From: Thermoproteota archaeon
GTDB lineage: Archaea > Thermoproteota > EX4484-205 > JAAOZP01
Assembly: GCA_049700215.1 (NCBI GenBank)
Contig: JBNAVT010000006.1
Coordinates: forward strand, 21,731 to 85,730
Direction of reading: 5' to 3'
DNA length: 64,000 nt
Below the pieces are notes generated by a model that was given only the letters and a program-made list of their open reading frames with translations, did not search any database and had not been told where the DNA came from. A program made the translations under genes and the position numbers. Shown piece after piece: positions 18,799 to 28,001 of this stretch. Every line of letters begins with the position of its first letter. The stretch's first letter is position 1.

Positions 18799-20808
18799 TT
18801 GGGAGAATCAGTCCCAAAGGAAAGAGTTAAGCCTTCTGGCCTGAAAACATGGATCATAATCTCAGCAATACTAATACCCCCAGTAGGATACTTCCTAAAC
18901 CTGGTTATGCAGGGCTTCGGAGCCTGGTGGAACTACCCGTTAATATTCCCGTTGCCATTCTTCTGGAATCTGATAATAATTTACCTGCTCTCTAAACTCT
19001 CCGGAAGGCTCAGGCTCTCCCCGCAGGAGCTAACCCTGTTCTTCGTAATCTGCTATATCACTGCTGGCAGTTACTATGCTGCACAGGGAATAGGCTACTG
19101 GACTACTACGCCAATAACAAATTGGAGCATCGCACATGTAACAACAGGTCTAAACACAGAAACATACAAAACGGTTTTCTACGAGAAAGTTCCGCCTTTC
19201 CTGGTGCCAAAAGATCCGATTGTGATGAACGCGTTCTGGTACGGTGGCGTCTTCAATCTGGATCCATGGATCGTGCCAATTCTCTTCTGGATAGTCTGGT
19301 CAGTCGTTGAATTCTCAACCTTATGGTTCTGGGGCACTATGCTTATAAAGCCATTAATGGAAGTAGAAAGACTACCGTTTCCATGGGTTATGCCAGTAAG
19401 CTTCATGATAAACAATTTCACCTCTACGAGTAATGGGAAGCCAAACCTGTTCAACCTGCGAATCGGCAGCATAAAGTTCTTCTACATAGGGCTGGTCATA
19501 GGCATGCTGCTTTCAGTACCCGGACAGGTTATAAACTTCTGGCCGCTGGCGTTCGGAGGCAACGCACTAGCCAACTGGCCGGTAAACCTCTTGAGTATAA
19601 CCTCTGGCCCACTGCCAGGAGCGCTGCTCGTCGGCAATTTTTATGTTATCGATGCTTTTTCCATAGGACAGCTGATCCCGTTGGACGTGTTAGCAACGGC
19701 TACTCTCTGGTGGTTCATCTGGGGGGTTCTCTTCCAAACAGCGGCTGTCAGACTGGGGATAAACCCATTCACACCTGGCGCTGGAAATGAGACTGCATAT
19801 CCATACTCGCTCGGCGTATTTAAGTGGGCTCAGTTTGACGCTCTTGTTTCTGTTGGCATAGCCTTATACGTAGTTTTCAAGTACTACAAGTATATTCTGG
19901 AAGTTCTTAGAAAAGGCTTTTCCGGGGAAGGCGGAGACGTAGGTGGGATTTCATATAGGCTTATGGCTTTCGGCGCCTTAGGAACGTTACTGATACAAAT
20001 TGTACTCTTCGCCATAGCTGGAACACCTATAGTGATGGCAGTATTCATCCCGTTATTCTATGTTTTAATCATGTTCGCTTGGATAAGAATGATGGGGGAG
20101 CAACACTTCTATCCTTATGGTGGCTCTTACCAAGGTATAGTTTTCGACGTAGGTACTTTTCTCGGCCAATGGGGTGGAAGACCATCTCCAGAAGCATTCA
20201 ACGCCATTTTGATGTACACCTCTCTAGGGTTAGCGGGTTCCAGGATGAGTCCGATGAACATACACTGGGGCTTCATGTCTTTCAAAATAGGTGAGGCGAC
20301 TAATACAAGCTACAGGGAAATACTCTACATCGCGTTGATCTCTATAGTAACTACTGCTGTTGCTGCCTACTTCATATGGCCATGGTTCATGACCAGTTTC
20401 GGCGGGTACTCTAGGATCAATTCAATACAATATGACATTTGGATGCTGCCAACGATTTACAGTTATACTTACGGTACGCCACCGGCTGTAACCGTTGCGG
20501 AGACATGGATCTACACTATAGTAGGCACGATCTTCGTCTTCGCATGCTATACTCTTAGGTCAAGGTTCAGGTGGTTCTTCATAAATCCAGTAGGTCTAAT
20601 GATGCTGCCCGAGGGCTTCTGGCCCGCTTGGCTCGTAGCCTTTATCGTAAAATATGCTGTGCTTAAATTCGGTGGTTCAAGGGTGTTCGAAGAAAAGTGG
20701 ATGCCGTTAGCGATGGGGATTGGTATAGGCTTCGGCGCTCTAGTGCTGTTCGGAGCTTTGATAACCTTCTTCAACGTATCGTTACCAACGTGGCTCGGCC
20801 GATTTTAA
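18799..20808 (+). CDS. Polytopic membrane protein, OPT-superfamily-like (DUF6785/DUF6784 type), paralog 2
   Basis: 669 aa, colinear with 14545-16554; first 56 residues identical; EVERLPFP motif. Confidence 0.75.
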   Translation: MGESVPKERVKPSGLKTWIIISAILIPPVGYFLNLVMQGFGAWWNYPLIFPLPFFWNLIIIYLLSKLSGRLRLSPQELTLFFVICYITAGSYYAAQGIGYWTTTPITNWSIAHVTTGLNTETYKTVFYEKVPPFLVPKDPIVMNAFWYGGVFNLDPWIVPILFWIVWSVVEFSTLWFWGTMLIKPLMEVERLPFPWVMPVSFMINNFTSTSNGKPNLFNLRIGSIKFFYIGLVIGMLLSVPGQVINFWPLAFGGNALANWPVNLLSITSGPLPGALLVGNFYVIDAFSIGQLIPLDVLATATLWWFIWGVLFQTAAVRLGINPFTPGAGNETAYPYSLGVFKWAQFDALVSVGIALYVVFKYYKYILEVLRKGFSGEGGDVGGISYRLMAFGALGTLLIQIVLFAIAGTPIVMAVFIPLFYVLIMFAWIRMMGEQHFYPYGGSYQGIVFDVGTFLGQWGGRPSPEAFNAILMYTSLGLAGSRMSPMNIHWGFMSFKIGEATNTSYREILYIALISIVTTAVAAYFIWPWFMTSFGGYSRINSIQYDIWMLPTIYSYTYGTPPAVTVAETWIYTIVGTIFVFACYTLRSRFRWFFINPVGLMMLPEGFWPAWLVAFIVKYAVLKFGGSRVFEEKWMPLAMGIGIGFGALVLFGALITFFNVSLPTWLGRF

Positions 20809-20884
20809 TCAGAAAACCTTAAAAATCCTTTTTTTATCCTAAACAACTCGTGGTTAAGGTGACTAGAAGAGGTGGATATCTCTA

Positions 20885-23800
20885 ATGGTAACCCGTAAAG
20901 ATGAGCGAGAAGGCTGGAGATATGTTCTTACACTCCTCATTCTGGTTTTAACTGGTGCAAACCTGCTCTCTGATGCGAAGGCCTTCTCGAAGGCGGAAGC
21001 CCAGCCTAGTGACGAAGGCTTCGTAGCAATCCTTTCCGACTTTGATAAGTCTAGGCTTATTGAGCATTTGGAATTCTTTTCATCCTTGGGGTCAAGAGTA
21101 ACCGGTTATCCAGGTTTCTATAAGGCCTCGAATTACATAACTGATAGGTTTAAAGAATTAGGGTTAAAAGTAATAATTCAGAATTACACCGCGGTATGCC
21201 CGGTAGATGGCGACGATTACGTTGTTTTGAAAACTAAGGATCGCTCTTACAGGGTCAAGGCCTTCTCAGTATGGCCGAATCTCGTACAAGCCTGTAAGAC
21301 TCCACCGGAAGGTGTTTCCGGTAAACTGTTTTACATAGGGAGTGGGGGCTATCAAGCCCTTAAAGGTAAGCCGGTGAACGGGTCGATCGTCCTGATGGAT
21401 TTTAACAGTGGGAATAATTGGATTCAGGCCGCTGCGCTTGGAGCGAAAGGAGTTATCTTCATAGAGCCTGAGGAGAGCAACTATGCAGAAGCTAGGTCGA
21501 AGTTCCTGCTTACCCCCATATACTTGCCGAGGCTTTACGTTTCAAGAAAGGATGCTTTACTCATTCTAAACATACTTGAAGAGAATAATGGCGAAGTGGA
21601 TGCTACAATCGTGAACAATATGGCTCTCAAAAATGTTGTCGGCCAAAACATAATTGGCATACTAGAGGGCACGGATTATCCGAATGATGTAATCGTTGTT
21701 TCAACTCACTACGACACGTGGTCAGTCGTTCCTGCAATAGCCTCTTCGAAAGACGAGGCAACATCGATTTCAGCCTTATTAGAATTCGCGAGAGTTTTCT
21801 CAGGTCAGAAGCCTAAAAGGACGATCTGGTTCGTTGCGTTTTCCGGCCACTACCAGGCCCTAGCGGGCTCCAGGGCCTTTGTGGACGAGTTCTTCTATAA
21901 TAATAGTGTTGTCGAGGGTCATACGAAGATTTGGCTGCAAATCAACATGGATTTTTCAACAAGCTCGAAGAGCATATCTTTCCTCAGCCAGGGCTTCTTC
22001 TATAGGTATGGGAGCACAACCGTTCAAGCAAGATGGACTGGATGGTTGCAGACAAAGCTTATGGATGTAGTGGATGCTTTTAGCAGGGAAGTAAGCCCCG
22101 TTGAAGTGATTTACGGTTTTCCCACTAATGCTTGGTGGGGTACTCAAGTGGCCCCCTACATCCTGGATTCTGAGCCATTATCTATGGCCCATGGATTAGG
22201 GTTCACGATAAAGACGGGTAGAACTCTAAACTTCTTCTGGGGCTTGCCCTTGAGCCAGGATGTGAACTATGATAATCTTTGGCCTCAGGCTTACCTGAGC
22301 CTAGCTATAATCCATGAGCTTTCAAACTCGAAAGACTGGGGAATCAGGTGGGATCAAGTGTCCCCAGCCGTCTCAGGTAAGAGTAGAACACTTATAGCAG
22401 CTGGGGCTACAGATGTGGCTGGGTTTATCAGAGTATACGGCAGGACGTTAACGTTCAATATTACTAAGGGATGGTATACTCCGCTTCCGAACGCAACAGT
22501 CGTAGTATTACCCGGAGGCCTAGGCTACACTAATTATCCTTTCCAGATCATCTACGTTTTTTCAGACTCTCAAGGTAAGTTTGAAGTAAGGGGATTAGGC
22601 TACGGCTTGGCCCCATGTCTTGGCGCATATACGTTCCTAGCGTTTAGGCTGAACGGAGAAACCGGTCTGATAGAATATGCTCCGGATTTCGGCCAGTATG
22701 GTGCACAATACCTTCCAAACTACTATCAGTTAAACACGGAGCCCTATAACGTAACCACAATAGCGTTCAGGTCTAACACGGTCGTGTTCTTCAATGTCTT
22801 CGATTATCAAGGCTTAAGACCACTAATCTTCAGGGATCCGCGTGTACCTACGAACGTTTGGCTCCAATCCATTCCCTCTGTTCAACTGCTTAACGCTAAA
22901 TCTCTAGGTCCTGACATATCTTGGGGAGTTTTCCTCCAGCCCGATGATAAAATCCTAGTCGCTTTCGTTCAGCCTCACACTTATTTCGTGAGCTTCATAA
23001 CCATAGGGTCTACAAGAGTGCTTGAAGTTCTATTAACAAACACCTCTGTAGCTTCAATACCGCCATACGACTTTTATGGATACGGTTCAAAGGATAACGA
23101 GGAGATTCATGTAAACGCCTTGCTTGAGTCCGCGAAAAATATTTACACTACTTCGCTAAACAGATACGTTGGGCTGCGCGATTTAAACATATGGAATCCA
23201 TTAATCCAGGATTCTTTGAATAATGCTTTATTCTACAAGAATCTCCTCTCCGATTCTTTAAGAACCCTTGACTATTTGACGATGCTTCAATCAGCAACCT
23301 CTTTAAATTCCATCGTAGTTAGGTCCTACGGGGGGGTTATGGGTTTAATCAACGATATACCAACAACCTCTATCTTCCTGATAATCATACTTGCATCATT
23401 CTCATTCCTAGCGCCCGCTGTCTTCATTAGAGCCCAGGGGAAGATAGTGGCAATATCTTCAGCCGTGCTCTTCATCGTAATGATGCTTCTTTTATACTAT
23501 GTAAATCCAATATTTAAACTCGCAGCTAATTTCATCATGGCTCCTCTCAGCGTGATCGTAGTAGTGTTCTTCGTGCTTGTAACCTTCTTATTCTCTTCCG
23601 AAGCCCTGGGCACTTTGAAAACGATAAGGACTAAGACGCTTGGGGCTCACTTTGCGGAGAAAAGTCTTACCTCATTTACGCTAGTCATTTTCCCGTACAC
23701 GATAGAGCATATGAAAAGACGTAAACTGAGAACTTCCCTAGTCATGCTTTCGATAGCTTCCGTGGTTTTCGCATTCGTATCTCTTACTTCCGTCTCGATT

Positions 23801-25384
23801 TACCAGGCTCCTATGCCGTCCTCGATCCCAGAGGGTAAAGTCAACTATATGGGTGTCTGCGTAAAGACGAATATTCGACAGCAACCGAGTGGAGCATTCG
23901 ACTATGATTTGATCAACGTGTTAAAGCAGGAGCGGTTCGCCGATTTGGCGTCAATAATTGCTCCAAGATGCTGGTGGTATCCTGAAGCGATCGAAGGTAG
24001 AGACGTTTACACCTTCATAAAGTCAAACACCTCCTCCACCACTATCAAAGCCGTCATAGGGCTAACTCCTGAAGAATACCACGTGTATGATTATTCGAAA
24101 GCTTTGATCCAAGGTAGATGGTTTAACTCTGAAGACTACTACTCTGCAATCCTTCCCCTTAACATCGCTAAAGATTTGTCGGTTAAGGTTAATGACACAA
24201 TCGTTTTCGAAGGCTTAAAGCTTAAAGTAGTTGGGGTCGTGAATTCTTCTACTTTAAACAGTTTTGTCGACTTCGATGGATACATCGATACTCCGTTATA
24301 CCCTATCCTACCGTCTATAGTCCTTGGGACGGTTCAGGAGCCGCAGTACGCTCCGACACCATGGAGCATGATGCTAATATTGCCTTACGAGCTAGTGAAG
24401 GATATGGGTGGCTATTTGGCGAGTGTTTCTATAGTGACGAAGAGCTATGATGATGCTGCAGCCCTCGCTGAAAGAATTGCAAACGTATTTAGTATTCCGA
24501 TTTACGTTTCCTCTCCCGAGGGAGCGATCTATTATAGTCCAATAGTCTCCTTCACTCCTTCAGGCCTCTCCTTCGCTCTACCCTTGATAGTCATAGGCGC
24601 CGCATCGATTTCCGTAGCAGTATTAGGCTCAGTAAAGGAGAGGAGGGGCGATATCTTTGTGTATAGCGCCGTCGGCCTTCCGCCTTCCGGCTCAGCAATA
24701 ATGTTGATTATAGAGGCGGTTACATATTCGATCTTGTCTGTGGTTCCCGCCTATTTCTTGGGGGTAGTGGCAAACTCGTTTTTGATCTCCGGCAGATTCC
24801 TGCCGGAAAGCTTTTCTCTAAACGCTACGTCCCTCTCCATAGCCCTTGCGATCTTCGCAGGCATTTTATCAACCTTATTGGCGATGATCTACCCCATTCG
24901 AATGGCTTCAAAGCTAATTACGCCTTCGCTTGAAAGGAAATGGAAGATTCCGACGAAGCCAAAGGGCAACCTGTGGGATATCCCACTACCGTTTTCGCTA
25001 ACCGAGGAAAGGGAGGTTGAGGCGGTTTACTTATTCTTGGAAGAGTTCTTTAAAGCACATACTTCCGAGACCCCTGATCCGTTCATAGTCAGGAGTATAA
25101 AGACGGATATTAAAGAGAAAATGCAGGAGCTTTTAGTTTCCTTAATGCCTCTGGATTCAGGAGTCTACCAGAGGGCCTTAATAAATTCAAAGTTTTACGA
25201 GGATACGAGGAGATACGACTTCATGCTTAGACTGGAAAGAATAGAGGGTACTCCGGACACTTGGGTTGCTTTAAACTACGGCTTTATAGATGCTGTTAGG
25301 AAGCAACTATTAACTTGGAAGATGCTTTCAGACAGTGATAAAAGCAGGTATATAGAGTTGGTGGATAAAGGAGGTGCGAGTTAA
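20885..25384 (+). CDS. Large membrane protein: signal peptide, PA and M28-peptidase-like ectodomain, TM bundle, MacB/FtsX-like permease
   Basis: SRVTGYPG, GAKGVIF (PA), THYD..DEA..ALLEFAR (M28); RRKLRTSL and SVKERRGDIFVYSAVG (FtsX/MacB). Confidence 0.8.
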   Translation: MVTRKDEREGWRYVLTLLILVLTGANLLSDAKAFSKAEAQPSDEGFVAILSDFDKSRLIEHLEFFSSLGSRVTGYPGFYKASNYITDRFKELGLKVIIQNYTAVCPVDGDDYVVLKTKDRSYRVKAFSVWPNLVQACKTPPEGVSGKLFYIGSGGYQALKGKPVNGSIVLMDFNSGNNWIQAAALGAKGVIFIEPEESNYAEARSKFLLTPIYLPRLYVSRKDALLILNILEENNGEVDATIVNNMALKNVVGQNIIGILEGTDYPNDVIVVSTHYDTWSVVPAIASSKDEATSISALLEFARVFSGQKPKRTIWFVAFSGHYQALAGSRAFVDEFFYNNSVVEGHTKIWLQINMDFSTSSKSISFLSQGFFYRYGSTTVQARWTGWLQTKLMDVVDAFSREVSPVEVIYGFPTNAWWGTQVAPYILDSEPLSMAHGLGFTIKTGRTLNFFWGLPLSQDVNYDNLWPQAYLSLAIIHELSNSKDWGIRWDQVSPAVSGKSRTLIAAGATDVAGFIRVYGRTLTFNITKGWYTPLPNATVVVLPGGLGYTNYPFQIIYVFSDSQGKFEVRGLGYGLAPCLGAYTFLAFRLNGETGLIEYAPDFGQYGAQYLPNYYQLNTEPYNVTTIAFRSNTVVFFNVFDYQGLRPLIFRDPRVPTNVWLQSIPSVQLLNAKSLGPDISWGVFLQPDDKILVAFVQPHTYFVSFITIGSTRVLEVLLTNTSVASIPPYDFYGYGSKDNEEIHVNALLESAKNIYTTSLNRYVGLRDLNIWNPLIQDSLNNALFYKNLLSDSLRTLDYLTMLQSATSLNSIVVRSYGGVMGLINDIPTTSIFLIIILASFSFLAPAVFIRAQGKIVAISSAVLFIVMMLLLYYVNPIFKLAANFIMAPLSVIVVVFFVLVTFLFSSEALGTLKTIRTKTLGAHFAEKSLTSFTLVIFPYTIEHMKRRKLRTSLVMLSIASVVFAFVSLTSVSIYQAPMPSSIPEGKVNYMGVCVKTNIRQQPSGAFDYDLINVLKQERFADLASIIAPRCWWYPEAIEGRDVYTFIKSNTSSTTIKAVIGLTPEEYHVYDYSKALIQGRWFNSEDYYSAILPLNIAKDLSVKVNDTIVFEGLKLKVVGVVNSSTLNSFVDFDGYIDTPLYPILPSIVLGTVQEPQYAPTPWSMMLILPYELVKDMGGYLASVSIVTKSYDDAAALAERIANVFSIPIYVSSPEGAIYYSPIVSFTPSGLSFALPLIVIGAASISVAVLGSVKERRGDIFVYSAVGLPPSGSAIMLIIEAVTYSILSVVPAYFLGVVANSFLISGRFLPESFSLNATSLSIALAIFAGILSTLLAMIYPIRMASKLITPSLERKWKIPTKPKGNLWDIPLPFSLTEEREVEAVYLFLEEFFKAHTSETPDPFIVRSIKTDIKEKMQELLVSLMPLDSGVYQRALINSKFYEDTRRYDFMLRLERIEGTPDTWVALNYGFIDAVRKQLLTWKMLSDSDKSRYIELVDKGGAS

Positions 25385-27314
25385 AATGAGCCAGACCATT
25401 GAGTTCAAAAGTGGAATAACTTGGAGGGTGATATTCGCCCTCTTCTTTGCTTCAATAGTTCTACTACCGGTCTCGATATATTTGAGCTTGGTTTCAGGAG
25501 CGGCAATAGCCGGAGCCTTCAGTTACATTGTCGTAATCCTTTTCCTAGAGGTGGGTTCTTTAATGAATATTCGCCTGTCTAAGCAAGAGCTTTTCATCAT
25601 GTTCATAATGATAGGGGTTGCTGCATCCACACCCATGACGGACTTCATATACCGTCACTACTTGGTAACAGGGCCTGTTGGATGGTCGTTCATAGACCCA
25701 TTTACTAATCTACCTCTTCCAGAGGTTATTCCTACTTTCTATGTTCCGTACTGGAGGGATATACAATTCAGCAGAACTCTGCTTTCAAGCACTTGGCTTC
25801 TCCCAATGTTTCTCTCCACTTTACAATTCGGCATTCTGTTCATCGTCGCAGAAATCTCGTTAACCATTATCTGCTCTCAACTCTTTCTAGAGACGGAGAA
25901 ACTGCCTTTTCCGTTTGCAGACATCTCTGCACAGATGATAAACACGCTGACTGATAGGCCTGCGGACAGGATGGAGGTCTTCATTATCTCTGCAGCAATT
26001 GGAGCATTTTACTCGTTTTTCCTGTACGGGATAAATACGATTAGCCTAGGGCTTTGGGGTACAAACATACAAATCATTCCTGTCCCATGGTGGGATTTGA
26101 CAACCGGATTGCTTGGGATAGAGCGGCTCCTTCCAGGAGCTGCCCTTGGCATTGCAACCGACCCTCTAACTTGGATAGGCGGCTTCCTAATCCCGTTTAA
26201 CACAGTAGCCTATATGTTTGCCAGCTCAATCCTAGTGTGGGTAATAGGAAACAATCTCGCCCTCTCCTTTTTCAGCGGCTACTTTCCATTGTGGAAAGAG
26301 GAATGGACTTTCGGCATGAGTCTAAGTTTGGTGTGGCAAAGGTCTATGCTCAGGGTCTGGCTAATACCGCAGATTGGATTCATGCTAGCCATTTCAATAC
26401 TGGCGTTGGCGCAGAATTGGAGAGTGATAGTTAGGGGGATTCGTTCCCTGTGGAGGCTTTCAGCCCAGAGCAAGGCAGCCGGCTACCCGTCTTTAAAGGT
26501 TCTTCTAGCCCTCTACTTTGCTTCCATCATTGCTTCAGTTCTTATCTTCAATCATTTCATACCGGATTTTCCAGTATTGCCTGCTCTCGCTGTCTCGCTC
26601 GGCGTTTCGTTTCTGAACGCGGTAATAGGCACGAGGGCCGTTGGTGAAACTGGTTACGCTGTAAGCATACCGTATGCGTGGGCTTTTACGATCATGCTCT
26701 CAGGCTACCAGAAAATCGATGCTTGGTTCTTCAGCCCAGTAATAGGCGGTGGGTCGGCTCCTTCATGGGTTCAAAGCATGAAAGTCGCTTATCTGACTGA
26801 AACAAAACCGATTGATTTCCTTAAAGCTTTCATTATTGCCTTTATACTTTACACAATATTTGGTGTAGTATACGCCAGCGTATTCTGGATGATCGCCCCA
26901 ATCCCCTCTTCGGCTTATCCGAACACGCTTATCTCGTGGCCAGTTCAAGCTATAAACCAACTAATGTGGGCTACTAGACAGGTCTTCACCTTAAACTTGA
27001 CTGTTCTTTTATTCTTCTTCTCCCTAGCCATAGGCCTCGGTATAGTGGGTTCACTCTTAACCAAGCTTGCTTCAATACCATTTAGCCTAATGGGTATCGC
27101 TACTGGTATGTCAACGCTCCCAGCGTTCACGATTCCCATGTTCCTAGCCGCGCTAATCGGAAGATACTTGATGCCGCGCTTCCTTGGAAGAGAGTGGTGG
27201 GAAAAATACAAAACAGTTGTGGCTGCAGGCATTGCAACGGGGGAAGGCGTGCTTGTTGGCTTAGTAATAGGCATAGTACTTCTCTCCAAGGTAGGATGGA
27301 TACTTCCGTTTTAA
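25374..27314 (+). CDS. OPT-superfamily-like membrane protein (third paralog)
   Basis: GITWRVI start, LSKQEL, ETEKLPFP, C-terminal VAAGIATGEG typical of the OPT family; start may be ATG 25386. Confidence 0.75.
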   Translation: MRVKMSQTIEFKSGITWRVIFALFFASIVLLPVSIYLSLVSGAAIAGAFSYIVVILFLEVGSLMNIRLSKQELFIMFIMIGVAASTPMTDFIYRHYLVTGPVGWSFIDPFTNLPLPEVIPTFYVPYWRDIQFSRTLLSSTWLLPMFLSTLQFGILFIVAEISLTIICSQLFLETEKLPFPFADISAQMINTLTDRPADRMEVFIISAAIGAFYSFFLYGINTISLGLWGTNIQIIPVPWWDLTTGLLGIERLLPGAALGIATDPLTWIGGFLIPFNTVAYMFASSILVWVIGNNLALSFFSGYFPLWKEEWTFGMSLSLVWQRSMLRVWLIPQIGFMLAISILALAQNWRVIVRGIRSLWRLSAQSKAAGYPSLKVLLALYFASIIASVLIFNHFIPDFPVLPALAVSLGVSFLNAVIGTRAVGETGYAVSIPYAWAFTIMLSGYQKIDAWFFSPVIGGGSAPSWVQSMKVAYLTETKPIDFLKAFIIAFILYTIFGVVYASVFWMIAPIPSSAYPNTLISWPVQAINQLMWATRQVFTLNLTVLLFFFSLAIGLGIVGSLLTKLASIPFSLMGIATGMSTLPAFTIPMFLAALIGRYLMPRFLGREWWEKYKTVVAAGIATGEGVLVGLVIGIVLLSKVGWILPF

Positions 27315-27477
27315 AGGTGCGTCGTTTATTTTTAATGAAGCTTAGAGGCATATTTATACATGTTGTCTTCACGTTCTTCAAGATGCGTACAGCTGGTTTC
27401 GCCAACCTCGAAGGTCAGCCTTATGCAGCATAAGGTAGGTGACTATGTTGTCGGAAAACAGTTGTAGCACGCGTGCT

Positions 27478-27784
27478 CCAAAACGGGTTCCAACAGGGGG
27501 GAAAGTCTATTTATGAAGTTCTGCATCTCGCCTGGAAGAGGTGCATAGACTGGTGTCGCTAACACAAGTATATCAGCCTCGCGCAGCTTGGGGTAAAGCA
27601 ACCGCATATCGTCAGAAATGATGCAATCCCCAGGCTTATCATACCTGCAAGAAAAGTCTCCGATGCAAGGCCTGATGTTGAGGCATTTTACATAGAAAAG
27701 CTCGACTGTCGCGCCTGCCTCCCTCATGCCGTTGAGAAACGGTTCCATGATCATTGTTGTGTCACTATTCTCCATGCGGGTGCG
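27478..27784 (-). pseudogene. Internal fragment of an iron-sulfur flavoprotein (flavodoxin family)
   Basis: IRPCIGDFSC...C..DDM..ADILVLATPVY; lacks the N-terminal xxINGS and the C-terminal half; bounded by palindromes 27466-27477 and 27785-27792. Confidence 0.8.
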
Positions 27785-28001
27785 AGCGCGCTGCTACTAC
27801 TTTGGTCAACCATTATCTCAAAGTCCGCTAAACCGTTTCCATATAAGTATTTGCATTATAAGCAACAAACGTAATTCATTTTGAACGTTTGAATCAACCT
27901 GTCTGCTTGAAAAACGGTGGGAGGAGCTTGTCCAGGAACGGCTTATTCACCTAGCTTTTCCTGAAAAAAGTTAAGTACTAGTTAAGGGGTTAAGTAATTG
28001 T

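Noticed and set aside
14524-18966. 189-bp direct repeats as ends of a mobile element or a DGR template/variable pair
   Set aside because: They are the 5' ends of two full-length paralogs, are fully identical with no adenine-specific differences, and no reverse transcriptase or transposase is present.
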